The notes below the pieces were generated by a model that saw nothing but the letters and a program-made list of their open reading frames with translations, was not told the DNA's origin and ran no database searches. A DNA stretch of 57,863 nucleotides, from positions 1 to 57,863 of IMG/VR virus record IMGVR_UViG_3300036770_002369. One strand, written 5' to 3'. Within the stretch, counting starts at the first letter, position 1. Every line of letters starts with the position of its first letter. The DNA comes from a virus (Duplodnaviria > Caudoviricetes). Shown piece by piece: positions 43,753 to 55,800 of the stretch. Position numbers and translations under genes: made by a program.

Positions 43753-46700
43753 ATGACCGAGAAGGACATTCGATCAATCCTTGAGAACAAGGCGGTCACG
43801 CCCTCGACCCGTCAGCCTTGGCAGGATTTCTTGGACCGAAACCCCTCGGTCCCGGCCTCGAAGTCCTTGGAGGCGACTCCGGCGCTCGAAGGCTTCGCGG
43901 GCTCGTGGGCGGCATCCTACGCCAACGGCATAGGATCGCAGTCCGGCGTCGGATCTCCCGTGGCGGCGAACACGCCTGTCCGGGTCAACAAGCTCGGTCA
44001 GCCCGGACTACCGGAGATCAACTTCGTCCCCTACTGTTACGGGACCAACCGCTTCGGGGTCAAGGGTCCGTCGCTCATCGGACACCCGATCTCGTTTTCC
44101 ATCGTAGGCCCGACGCTCAAGTCCCCCTACACCCTTTGGCAGTGGATCGTCACCGATAACAGCGCCACCCCAGGAACGGGAGACACGTTGGAGATCGACG
44201 CGACCGATAGCGTCCTCTCCCCTCTCCCTCCGGCGGTGACGACCGTTTCTGAGGCTTACGGGATTTCTTCGCCGGTCGCCAACTACAACGGCGGACTCTA
44301 TCTCGTCATCTCGCAGACGGGCTTCGACGGCTCTCTGGATGGAGGGTCTATCGGAGGTCTTGGTGACGGCTTCGTCGCTCCTGGCGCGAACAACGCCCCC
44401 TTGGAGGCTTTGGACGAAACGTCGAAGTTCGAGATTTTCCGTATCGTAGACATCACGGGCGGAATCATCACGCTCGATCCCGCCAAGCGTCTCGCGGCGT
44501 ACTTCACGTTCCCCGGAGGTGGCGACACCCCGGTCATCCGAGGCGTCACGATTCTTCAGCCGAAAGCGTCCCGTCTCGTCGCTGTTCCCGGGTCGGGTCC
44601 TGCTACGGGTCGCGAACGGGTCTTTGTCGCAGTCCCCCCAGAGACGGGAGCAAACTCCGATCTGCTGCCCCCTTACGGGGACATCATCACGGCGAACACT
44701 TGGCTCGGAGGCGGCGTAGATCCTTGGGATCCGAACTCGGTTACGACGGGACTCGCCGGGTCTTACAACGAGGATGTCCCTCTTCCCGTCCCGGTCCCTC
44801 TGGAGACTCGGACGGCTCGCGCTGAATCGAACGTGCCCCCTAACGCGGGCGTCGTCCCGGCTCTCGGTTACCTCAACCTTGTCGATCTCAGCGGGAACAT
44901 CTCAGCGGATGACGTCGGAAGGATCATCCGGGTATTTCGAGCCGAGACCCAAGGGACTGTGGTGTTCCCGGTGTCCCCCTATGACGGGTCGCCCGGCGTC
45001 ACCCCTGAAGATTTCTTTGGCTGGTACGAGATCGATAGCGTAGACCTCATCACCTCTCGTTACACCCTACGACGCATCGCGGAGGTCGATCCGAACTCGG
45101 GACGACTTTCCTACGGGCTAGGCTCGGCGTACATCGTAGACATTTCTTCGAGCGCCGACGCTCAAGTCACGTTCACGTTCACGCTCCATAACCCGATCAG
45201 CAGCCTCTTCTCGGGCGGCTTCGACGCCGATAAGGTGTCCGCTTCGCGCCTGACCAACCTGATCGACCCCTCTCTGGTCGAGCGGTCGGCCAAGACGCCG
45301 GGACTCATCCCTGGTATCTCGGCGGCTCGGCCTGACCGGGCCGTCTTCGACACCTCGGTCAGCGCGGGAGGGGACTTCGCCAATCCGGGGAGCCTTCTGG
45401 ATCTCGGTTTCCGGATGGTCCTTTTCCCGGCGCAGGATGTCGGCGGAGCCTTGGTCCCGAACTTCGATAGGCCCATCGACTCCCGGGAGGTCGTCCTCGA
45501 CCCGACGATCACGGACGAATCCCAGTACGTCAGCGTAGATTACTCGGCGGGGACCGTGATCTTGTCCCATGCTCCGGACCCTGGAACGGGCTGCGATGTT
45601 GCCCCGGACGGGGTCATCCTAACTCCAGAGAACCCTCGCGGAGAACTGGTTCTCTTCGCCTCCTTCGTTCCGTACTCGATGGAGGAAGGTCAGAAGGGGG
45701 CCTCGATTCGCGTCACCGGGGCCGTCCCTCCGGTCAGCCCTCTCGCTACCTACACGCAGGTAGACGTCTTCAGCGAACGGGTCTCGGTATCCGTTCAGCC
45801 TGGACAGACGGTCACCAGCGGCTCCGGTTACGGGCAGACGCTAGACCTCGAAGATGATGGAGGAGTCCTCCCTCAGACCGGCTTCTTTGAGTTGATCGAG
45901 GGCGGTCGCGATTCGACGGGTGACCCGGCGTTCCTTCACAGCGGTCAGCGTTCCTCAACCTTCGGCTACATCTTCAAGACGACGGAACCCGGTCCCATCA
46001 CTCGCCTCCACGGCGTTTATGGGGGCGGGGCCACGGGAACGACGATCTCGACCGGCGCTTCGGTCGGAGAGTACGTTGTGGTCCTTCGGCGGGACGTACT
46101 GCCGACGCAGATAGGTTTCCCGACGGTCGATTACCAGCAGGACTCCACTTACGGCTCTGCGAAGAGGTCAAGCACGGTACGTTTTCTTCACGCCGACATC
46201 GCCCCGCAGGCAGACGGATCCGTTACCGTAGATTTCAATCTGCCGGGAGCCTCGCCAGTCCTCGCCCGATTGTTCCGGTCCTGGGTTCTTTCGGACGGAA
46301 TCGTCACGGGAACGGCGGTCGCCCTGAACGACAACTACATCGACGTCACGGAGACGGTCGTCCTCTTTCGGGGGCGCCGATACGTCCTCGATGCGGGGAC
46401 TCTAGGGCCGTTCCCGAACGCGGCGCTAACGAGCACGGACTACTACGTCTACGCGGACTCGACCAGTAACCTCGCCTACGCGACAGTAAACACCCTCCCG
46501 CTACCAGAGGAAGACGACATCCTCATCGCGAAGGTCACGGTTCCCTCTGTCGGTTCGTTCTCCGCTGGCCCGCTCGACGTCATAGACCTCCGCAGCATCT
46601 TGGCGAAGGTCGATAAGCGGTGGGACATCGTCGTCGGCACCTTCCCGAACGGCTGGACCGGCTACAACGTCCCCCACTTCGAGACGCTCGGTGAAGCGGT

Positions 46701-48876
46701 CGCCTACGCCTCGGAGATCATGTCCCCGACGGGTACGGGGTCCGATTCGGGACCGCAGATCACGATCAAAGTTCTTGGAGGGACGGTCGAGACGCAGCCG
46801 ATCCAAGTCCGAGCGGACGGCATCGTGATCGAAGGGGCGACTCGGGCCGAAGGGGTCAGCGGCGACGATACGACGATGGCGATCAAGTGGGCGTTTGACG
46901 GCCCCCTTTTCCTTCTCAACGGCCACTCGGATCTGGTGTTCCGCGACCTCTACTTCTACTACAACAACGCGGCCCCTTCGGCCTTCGCTTTCCCGACTCG
47001 GTATGTCTTCTTCAACCAGACCGAGACGTGCGAGCGCCTGGTCATCGACAACTGCACGGCTACCGGAACGCTCCTCGAAGGCTTCCTGTATAGCTCATAC
47101 AGCGGCGTTCTTCCCGCCACGAGGGTCGTCCTTAGCGACGCCCATATCACCCGGAATCACGTCACGGCTTCCGACTTCGGGATCTATCTCGACGATGGAA
47201 GCGAGTCGGTCAACTGCCACATCGAAAACAACCGGATTCTTTCGACGGGTTTGCCCGTAACCAGCATCGAAGGTGTAGGTCTTCGGCTGTCCCCCACCGA
47301 TCCAGCGGCGACCACCAACGTCGCCAACCACTTTCGAGGGAACTTCATCGGGAGTCTCTCGGGTACGGGCTTCCGGTACGGGATCGTCGCCTACGGGCGC
47401 GAAGACATCGTGACCGAGAACTACATCTCGGACACCGAACGAGAAGGGGTCATCACCGTTTGTGCGGGCGACCGGCCCATCATCTCCAACAATCACCTCA
47501 TCAACGTCCACGTCGGAGGAAATCCAATCTGGAAGCCGTCTACTGACGTTGCCGCTCCGGGCTTCACGATCCCCGCCGTCGGGGCTACCGTGAACATCCC
47601 CGTCGTGGACACGGCAGCTACCTCGCCCGCCATGTACGTCGGTCAGGTCATCTACGTCACGGGAGGCGGGGGTTACTTCATCATCACGGCGGTCGCGCCG
47701 ACGACTCAGATCACGGCTCGAAACCTGGGGTACGCGGAGAACGCGGCGCCCGGAACTGTCATCGCGGCGGGGACGGGAATCTCGTACACGTTCGCTAAAG
47801 AAGGGATCTTCGCGACGAACACGAACGGGTCCGGGGTCAATCACGGGATCTTCGTGGAGTCGAACTTCATCACGATCTCCAACAGCACCTTCGTCCAGAG
47901 CGACCTCGGGGTCCATGTGATCTCAAACGACTCCAAGGCGACCATCCGGAACAACCGAATGGACAACGGTTCCGGAGTCGCCAACTCCGGAATTCGAGTC
48001 GCGAGCGAGTACTCCTGGGTCGATGGGAACTTCGGGCTGCTCCTGACCCCCACTAGCAATTCAAGGGTTACCAAGAACATAGCCCTGGCTCTCGTGGACG
48101 ACAACGCCTCGGTCGTAAATACGCTAGTCGCGAACAACTACCTAGAACTGGGCGTGTACGGAGAAGACGCGACCGATCCTTTCGACGGGTCGTACATGAT
48201 CTTCGCGGAAAACGAGGTCACCTCCGGAAACGACATCCTCGTCTCCGGAACTGGAAACCTCTTTCGACACAACGTCGTCGGCGGAGAGATCGTCATCACC
48301 GGAGCCAGCAACAAGTTCTTCGGGAACACGATCTCAGGAAACCTGACCGCAGCGTCGGGGACGCATGAGGTCGTAGGAAACACGGTCGGCGGGGACTTGA
48401 GCGCCGGAGCTTCTTCGACGATCACGGACAATCGGATCACCGGACACATTTACGTCGGTTCGTCTTCTCGTATCGCCAACAATCAGGTAACGGGATCGAT
48501 CCGCACCACGGCTGCTGTTACCGGGGTCCAAGTGATGAACAACCGGGCGACGAGTATCATCGGGACGGGGGCCTCTGGAACCGGAGGAAACTTTGAAGGT
48601 TCCACTAGTTTCTTTACGTCCAATACCCTTTCGGGAGACCTGAACCTCGAAGGGACGGACAATCAGATCCACAGCAACATTCTTACGGGCCACATATCGC
48701 ACGGAATCGGTTGCATCCTCGTGGGGAACATCTGCAACACGATCCGAAACGTCCTTGCCCCCGGAACGACGACCCAGCCAACCAACTCCATAGCCGTCGG
48801 GAACCGCTTCGGGATCGCCCCGAACCAAATCTGGGGCTCAAACAACCACAACAACGATCACAACGCTCAGACTTGA
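43753..48876 (+). CDS. Tailspike-like protein with C-terminal right-handed parallel beta-helix (putative polysaccharide binding/depolymerase), 1707 aa
   Basis: HFETLGEAVAYA cap followed by many I..N.I / V.GN repeats from about 46.7 kb to the end. Confidence 0.75.
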   Translation: MTEKDIRSILENKAVTPSTRQPWQDFLDRNPSVPASKSLEATPALEGFAGSWAASYANGIGSQSGVGSPVAANTPVRVNKLGQPGLPEINFVPYCYGTNRFGVKGPSLIGHPISFSIVGPTLKSPYTLWQWIVTDNSATPGTGDTLEIDATDSVLSPLPPAVTTVSEAYGISSPVANYNGGLYLVISQTGFDGSLDGGSIGGLGDGFVAPGANNAPLEALDETSKFEIFRIVDITGGIITLDPAKRLAAYFTFPGGGDTPVIRGVTILQPKASRLVAVPGSGPATGRERVFVAVPPETGANSDLLPPYGDIITANTWLGGGVDPWDPNSVTTGLAGSYNEDVPLPVPVPLETRTARAESNVPPNAGVVPALGYLNLVDLSGNISADDVGRIIRVFRAETQGTVVFPVSPYDGSPGVTPEDFFGWYEIDSVDLITSRYTLRRIAEVDPNSGRLSYGLGSAYIVDISSSADAQVTFTFTLHNPISSLFSGGFDADKVSASRLTNLIDPSLVERSAKTPGLIPGISAARPDRAVFDTSVSAGGDFANPGSLLDLGFRMVLFPAQDVGGALVPNFDRPIDSREVVLDPTITDESQYVSVDYSAGTVILSHAPDPGTGCDVAPDGVILTPENPRGELVLFASFVPYSMEEGQKGASIRVTGAVPPVSPLATYTQVDVFSERVSVSVQPGQTVTSGSGYGQTLDLEDDGGVLPQTGFFELIEGGRDSTGDPAFLHSGQRSSTFGYIFKTTEPGPITRLHGVYGGGATGTTISTGASVGEYVVVLRRDVLPTQIGFPTVDYQQDSTYGSAKRSSTVRFLHADIAPQADGSVTVDFNLPGASPVLARLFRSWVLSDGIVTGTAVALNDNYIDVTETVVLFRGRRYVLDAGTLGPFPNAALTSTDYYVYADSTSNLAYATVNTLPLPEEDDILIAKVTVPSVGSFSAGPLDVIDLRSILAKVDKRWDIVVGTFPNGWTGYNVPHFETLGEAVAYASEIMSPTGTGSDSGPQITIKVLGGTVETQPIQVRADGIVIEGATRAEGVSGDDTTMAIKWAFDGPLFLLNGHSDLVFRDLYFYYNNAAPSAFAFPTRYVFFNQTETCERLVIDNCTATGTLLEGFLYSSYSGVLPATRVVLSDAHITRNHVTASDFGIYLDDGSESVNCHIENNRILSTGLPVTSIEGVGLRLSPTDPAATTNVANHFRGNFIGSLSGTGFRYGIVAYGREDIVTENYISDTEREGVITVCAGDRPIISNNHLINVHVGGNPIWKPSTDVAAPGFTIPAVGATVNIPVVDTAATSPAMYVGQVIYVTGGGGYFIITAVAPTTQITARNLGYAENAAPGTVIAAGTGISYTFAKEGIFATNTNGSGVNHGIFVESNFITISNSTFVQSDLGVHVISNDSKATIRNNRMDNGSGVANSGIRVASEYSWVDGNFGLLLTPTSNSRVTKNIALALVDDNASVVNTLVANNYLELGVYGEDATDPFDGSYMIFAENEVTSGNDILVSGTGNLFRHNVVGGEIVITGASNKFFGNTISGNLTAASGTHEVVGNTVGGDLSAGASSTITDNRITGHIYVGSSSRIANNQVTGSIRTTAAVTGVQVMNNRATSIIGTGASGTGGNFEGSTSFFTSNTLSGDLNLEGTDNQIHSNILTGHISHGIGCILVGNICNTIRNVLAPGTTTQPTNSIAVGNRFGIAPNQIWGSNNHNNDHNAQT

Positions 48877-48888
48877 TCAGGAGCCCTC

Positions 48889-49770
48889 ATGCGAATCCTC
48901 GTGGATCTAGCCAGTCACTTGTCGGCTCCCCTCGCCGGGACTCCGCTCATCACCCAAGTCGAGCAGAACCCCCCGCCCGGAGTCGAAGGTCAGACCGCCA
49001 TCAACGGGCGGTACAGCATCCCCGTCCCCAAAGGTATCTCGTTCCCCGTCGATACCAGTTCTTACGTCCTCAACGGAGCGGGATTGAACGACGGCGGGGA
49101 CGTCGTGAGCCAGGCGTTCGCCCACCTGCTCGCCTCGTACCCGATGTACGGGAACATCTACTTCAACCCGCTGCTGACCGATTTGGACGTCGCAGAACTG
49201 GATCTCACGGCGACCTTCAAGGACTCGACTGACCCGAACGCCCCGGCATACCTCCCGACGCGCGTCCAGACGGGTCGGGCGGCGAGCAGCCTCGGACCCG
49301 CAGCGGGGTGTATGCCGACTCATACGGCCATCCTGGCGGCGAATACGGCGGCTCCTGCGGACCCCGGAACCTTCGTCCTCATCGGCGGAAGCCCGAGCCA
49401 TCCGGGCATCCTCGTGACCGATAACATCGACATCGGCCCGTACACGCTGGACGCTTATGGGAATCCGGTCGGGACTGACGACTTCGTCGTCTACTGGAAG
49501 CTCTACGCCTTTGACGTGACCCAGGATGTCGCGACCGATTACGGGGCGCTCGCGGGACAGAACGAACCCGCCCTGCGGTATCTTCAGGAGACGGACCAAG
49601 AACCCCCTGGCTTCCGCGTCTACATATCGCCCGACGATGGGGCCAACTGGTGCGAGGTCGGGCTTCTGGAGCCCGTCGCCTTCGGCGCCAAGACGACCAG
49701 CTTCCGTCTCGCGTTCCGGAACGACGGGGCCAACAAAGTCTATCTGGCTCAGTTCGCGGTTCTTTTCTAA
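48889..49770 (+). CDS. Hypothetical virion protein, 293 aa
   Basis: RBS AGGAG. C-terminal VYISPDDGANW (Asp-box-like) and beta-rich end. Confidence 0.75.
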   Translation: MRILVDLASHLSAPLAGTPLITQVEQNPPPGVEGQTAINGRYSIPVPKGISFPVDTSSYVLNGAGLNDGGDVVSQAFAHLLASYPMYGNIYFNPLLTDLDVAELDLTATFKDSTDPNAPAYLPTRVQTGRAASSLGPAAGCMPTHTAILAANTAAPADPGTFVLIGGSPSHPGILVTDNIDIGPYTLDAYGNPVGTDDFVVYWKLYAFDVTQDVATDYGALAGQNEPALRYLQETDQEPPGFRVYISPDDGANWCEVGLLEPVAFGAKTTSFRLAFRNDGANKVYLAQFAVLF

Positions 49771-49774
49771 GCCC

Positions 49775-49791
49775 CGGTTTTCATCGGATAG
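49775..49791 (+). promoter_or_regulatory. Class II motif CGGTTT-TCATCG-GATAG
   Basis: Same spacing, upstream of 49812. Confidence 0.6.
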
Positions 49792-49811
49792 GCTCGCAGG
49801 GATAAGGCACT

Positions 49812-52800
49812 ATGGCGACTGATTTCGGCCCGGGAGTTTCCCGCACGCTCAACCCTGTCTGGCGGCAGTTCAGCGCCGTCGTTTGGCAGCAGGACGCGCC
49901 TCCCCTGGATTCTGAGTTCAATCTGATGTCCCAGATGGACTGGGAGCGGCTGCGTCAGGCCGTCAAAGCCGCGATGCCCTCCGGGTTCATCATGGACCCG
50001 ACTCGCGCCCTCAACGAATACCAGTTCAACTCTCAATGGGTGAACCAGTTTTCTTTGGGACGCCCCAAGACCGGCGAAGAAAATCCGGTCATCTGGGCGA
50101 ACGTAAACGGCTGGATCCTTCCGGTCGCCGGTACGGACACCGTCGAAGGGGATCTCCAGAACATCATCCGCCTGTATCCGCCGCCCGGAACGGACGGTCG
50201 AGTCGATCTGGTCTTCCTCGAAGCCTGGCAGGTCCGCATCGACCCGAACCCCTCGACGGCCAGCAAGCCCACGGCTTCGACCCTCTACAAGTACGGCAAC
50301 ACCAAGTACGGCGGGGTCAACCTGCCGGACGACCTCGAAGATCCGGCCATCGGTTACGAAACGACGGGCCGGATCCAGGTCCAGTACCGCTTGCGAGTCT
50401 TTGGCTCGGGCGGCGGTCTAGGGGCGGGCGTTGCCATCGCTAATCACCCGGACGGTCTGGACGACCCGAATATCCTCGGACAAGGGGCTTCCGCTTCGCC
50501 CATCGGAGGCTTCACCTGGGTCAACATGAGGGAGGCTCTCGGAGATCCTAGCCTCTGGCGAGCGGGCGACGGGGATCCGAACAATGCTCTCGGGACCGTG
50601 GACGGCTACACCTACGCGATCCCGGTTTGCGCCGTGTTCCGCCGCAACTCGAACCCCTATGTGGCGGTCACCGACGCGGGCAACCCGAACCAGAACGGCG
50701 CTTTCCTTCGGACGCCGAACAACGCTTTCTTGCCGGATCCGCTCGCGGGATGCCGCCTTCTCACGACCGCTACCCTCACGAGCAACCTGAGCCCTACGGC
50801 GACCGGGACGGTCAACATCACCGGACTCAACGGGTCCGGCTTGGAAGACCCCCAGCTAGTTCTTTCGAGCACCTTCCTCGTGATCGACGATGAGATCGTA
50901 GGGGTCTCGGCGGTCAACCTCATCGGCTCGACGATCACCATTCCGGTAGGGGGCCGGGGTCGCTACGGTACGGCGGGCGTCGGTCATCCGGCGGGGACCG
51001 TGGTCCGGTTCTATAACACGCGCCCGGACGGCCTGTACGCCGATCAGGTGGCGATGACGGACATCCTTGACCTTCGTCGGGCGGTCAACCCGGGCGACTG
51101 GGATTTCCAGCGGCTCCTCCAGCACAACGTCGCCTCCCTTGCAAAGAATCAGCTTCGCTCGACGTGGAAGGTTTCGGGGGCCGGGGACACGGAAGGCGTC
51201 ACCGTACACGAGGTCGATGACCTCTATGCAGGCGGGACGACTCACCCGAACCATACGGACCCGGTCGATGGAACGGACGGCATCCGCACGGTCTTTTCGG
51301 ATGCAGCGGCGATCCAGCCGGAAGTCAACCTTCTCCTCGACAACGAGGCGACGCTGGACGCGACCAACTTCACGGCGGACCAGTTCGACACGACGGTCGC
51401 CTGGGATACTGGACCCGATTTCCACCCCATCGGGTTTATGAACAATGGCAACGGGACGTCGCTGGCGATCACCGATAGCGGCTTCTCGAACGGCTCGACC
51501 GTCCTGATGTTCATCGGCGGAGCGAATGGCTCGGAGGGCGCTCGCGGGACGTTCCGCGACGGCTCGGATCGGGCTGTCCGGTTCGTGATGCCGAAAGAAT
51601 ACTGGAGAGCGAATTTCCCTGAGGCCGACGTAAACCAGGGAAACCAGTATCCGATCCAACTGCGGTTCATCGACCAGCGGGCTTTTGAGCCCGCCCCCGC
51701 TCCGATGCCCGCGACCGAGGCTGCTCGGCACGTCGGTCCCATGTACCCCTGGAGGGATCAGAACTTTGAGCGTCCCTTCATCGCTCTCGGAGGAATCCTC
51801 AACTCGTCCCTCCGGCTCTCGCGAGCCGTGACGAACCTGACCGAAACGGGCGGGGTCTTCGAGATCGATCTCGGAATCAACTTTGAGACGGCAGGACTGA
51901 CCTTCTCGAAGGACGCCGAAGGCAACTTCGAGAACAACCCGGCGCTCGTCTCCCTGCCCCTTCTACGGGCGCAGCGGACCCTCTACGGGATGATGACGGA
52001 CAACGGGCGGGACCAGACGGGAGCCTCGTCCGAGGTCTATCTGGTCGTCTACGGCGACCCGGATTCTTACCAGAACAACGGGGCCTTCAAGGTCATCGGA
52101 GCCGGACGAAACCCTTCGGCGGGCGGAGCCGGGTTCACGAGCAACTTCGCCTCCAATGCGACCAGCGTCGTCGTTCAGCCTCTCTCTGTAGACTGTACGA
52201 CCTTTGACTCGGCCACGGGCAACAGCGTCGTGATCGAGTTCCGGTCGCCCTACCACAACGCTGAAGACACCTCCGATTTCGCCACCCGGGTTGCGGATCT
52301 CGCCGTCGTCCTCACGGACATCGGCGGACTCTCCAACACTCCTTGGGCGCGAACGGCGCTCGGGTACGGCGAGACCTATGACCTCTCGATGCCCGAAGTC
52401 ACGAGCGGCCCACTGTCCCGGGCAGACGTTCCGTCGAAGCTCCTGATCGATCTGACGCTCATGTACCACCCGGGTCGCGGAGCCACGGCTCGCGTCCCCG
52501 ACGAGGTCGTCCGCTTCTCCATGCGGGGCGGCGTCACCAACACCATCGGAGCCTATCTGCGGCAGTCTCCGGCGGTGCGGGATACGACCTTCCCCGCAGC
52601 GTCGGGAGCCCCGGACAACGAAGCCTTTTGGGATTTCGCGCACGTCTCGACGTGGAACCGGCTACCGGCTTTGGGCTGGAACGCGCCGCTCGCCCCCAAC
52701 TACGGTGGCAACGTCGTCGGGTTCACCGAGATGGACCGGGAGCATGAGCTTTTCTTGGACCGTGGGTCGAAGACCGTCATCTTCCGGCCTTTCCGCGACC

Positions 52801-55800
52801 GTGGGATGACCCTTCATTCTTTGTCCTTCACGGGGGGCGAGCTTGGGTCGGACTGCCTACTGGGACCGTACTCGTATCCGGAAGTCCCACCCGTCCCGAA
52901 AGACTCGATGGTCCTGTTCACGGGAACCTCGACCAGCGGCAAGCAGATGGGCTTCGCGGTCCCCCGCGAGTACATGCCCCGATTCGGTCGGCAAGACATC
53001 CCGTACTGGGTGGACACGACCAACGGAGCAGGCCCGTTCCTTCCCGGGATCAATCACCTGTTCCGGGATTCCTCGACGCTCAACGAGCCGGTGTTCAACG
53101 TCATCGGCGGCGAGTCGAACATCTCGGGGGGTACGCAAGTCCTCCCCTTGTTCCTGGCGACCGGGCAGCCTAACTTGTACGGGCACTCGGGAACGATCAT
53201 CGACCCGCTGAACAACCGGCCCTTCTACGCGGCCCGGAAGACGACGGACATCAATCCGTCTGCCTTGTACGCGCAGGGGATCATTGACCGGCTAAATGAA
53301 GTCCAGTCTTCGGACCTTGGGCACGGGCTCCAAGGGATCCAGCTTCCCCCCTATCTGGGGATCGCACGTCTTTATGGCGTCTACGAAGCCAGCGATTATG
53401 TCGCTCGGGGTGGTCAGACCTTCCAAGTCAACCGCTACACTCCGGCGGCGAACCCGGCAAGAAACCTGATCCGCGAGGATGCTGACCAGCAGACGCTCTT
53501 CATCCTCCAGAACGGCGCTCAGGATCTCACGCAGGCAGAAGGCGACCACACCTATATCATTCCGTCGAACGTCCTCGACCTGACCCGGATCCCGGGCTAC
53601 GTCGCAGGGCAGGGCTTCGGGGACTTCGATTACGTCATCGAAGCTACGGTCTTTGGTTTCAGCCGAGGCTTCATCGACGAGAACAACTACGTCCTCGTCC
53701 GCCGCTACAACGGCGAGGGACGGGGTGCTCTCGGGGGCCTGGAGAACACGGACGGAGACGTGATCGAGCTTGAGGATGTCCACATGGTCATCCCTTGCCC
53801 GGCGGCTTCCAACGACCACTTCTACGCCGCGTACAACCGCACCGTCTACCAAGGCGACCCCTTTATGACGAGGGCGGGGAACACGCTGACTACGTCGGAC
53901 TACGAAGCCCGATACGGTCAGATCCCGGTCAACGCGCAGTACGCGCTTCGGACCCCGATCCAGCAGTTCGACGCGAACGGGAACTTCCTGATCCAGACGC
54001 CGAACGCTCGGGCCTTCGAGGTTCTAGCGTCGATGGATTTCTACACGACGCTCGGGACAGGAAAGGTCGGCGGGGCGATGTTCCCCGGGACTCCGCTCGA
54101 CGTGGGCTTCACGACTCCGGAAGGGGCGAGCCGGATGCCGAATTCGGCCACGACTCCGCCTTGGCGCGTCCTCACGAGGGCGTACACGGAAGGTCAAAAG
54201 AACAACGAGAACCGGGCTCGACTCGACCTACAGCTACTGAACAACGGGGTGAGTCTTCCGGCTCTGAACCCCTCTTTGGGTTCGTCGGCGGTCGTCCGGG
54301 TGACCCGGCTCGACGGCGAGGCTATCGACCTCTACGCTACGACGCAGGCGAACTACGCCGCTTACCAGGCTGCACCGTACAACCTGCCTGCGAGCGACCT
54401 GTTCCTAGTGGACACGACATCGCAAACGGCGACGTACTCTGCGACCGCGACCGCGCCTTTCGCAACGGTAGCTCCTGGGGCGATGGCGACCGCAAGCGTT
54501 ACGGTTACAGGGGCTCAAGTCGGAGACGTCGTTACCGTGAACCCTAGCGTTCACACGAACGGGGTTCTGTATCAGGGACGAGTTTCTGCGGCGAACACGG
54601 TACAGCTTGCCGCGCATTACACCCAACCGGACGTTCCTTTCGAGGTTTTGGCGGCGGGAAATGAAGTCCGTCCTATGACGGTGAACTTGCTCGGCCCGGT
54701 CGCTCCAGGGGCTACCGGCACCGGAACTTTGACCGGCGGAGACGCGACGGGAGTAGCTATCGGTGACGCTCTCGTTGTAAACGTCCCGAGCACGGGAGGT
54801 TGGATCTATCCGACTTGGGCGTATGTCGATGGAGCCAACAACATCCAGTTCCAGTGGCACAACACTACTGGGGTCCCCCTGACCCCGGGACCAACGACTT
54901 TCAACGTCGCGATCATTCGCGAGTCTACTTTGGCTCCGGTAAATATCGCGGGCGTGAACTTCGCCGTTCAGGTGACTCGTCTCGCAGGATCGCTGAACCT
55001 CACGGCTCAGAATCTCGCAGCGACGATCAACGCCCATCCGGACCTCACGGGGACGATCACCGCTTTGGCCTCGGACGACACCCGGGTGACGATAGAGGCA
55101 GTCCCGGTAGGGGAGCAGGGTAACGGGATTCGGGTTTCGGTGCGCCACACCGGAGCCCCGACCACGCTCATCCAGAACGCGATCCGCGTACTGGTTCCCT
55201 ATAACAACGCCCGTCCGGTCGGAGCCGTCGTCACGGCTTCTTACCTCATGGGCGGTAGGGACGAAGCGGTCAACGCGGGGAACGGGACCACGCCTCTGGC
55301 GCTCGTCGGGATGACGGAACGCCTACCGCTAGGGATCCTGCTCCAAGACTCGGACTTCCTCTGCGAGAATCCCCTGAACGACGAAGCCTCCGCGATGAAC
55401 TCGCGGATGTCCGGCCCTCGTCCGGTCCAGACGATCCTCCCGCTCACGACGGGCGGCGAGGAATTCGATAGGTTCCTCGGAGAGCCCGGCGAGCTTGTCG
55501 CGATGGCAGACGGGGCCATCCTCCAGTACGTCGGCTACACGACGGCGACGCCTACGGGCACCCGGCGCTTCCGCTTGTACCGGGGTGGAGGGTCGGCGTT
55601 CGTCCTTTCGGGGACGAACCCGGGCGGACCCGTGGATTGGGTATCGGAGAGCTTTGAGGCGGATCTCAGGCCCGTGCTGAAAGGCGGTGCTCTCGTCTGC
55701 CGAGCGATGCTCGTGCGAGACTTCTTTGAGGAAGCCTTCCCGACGGACGTCGTCCGGTCGGAAGGTGACGAGATCCAGATGGTGATCGTCACCTACGGTA

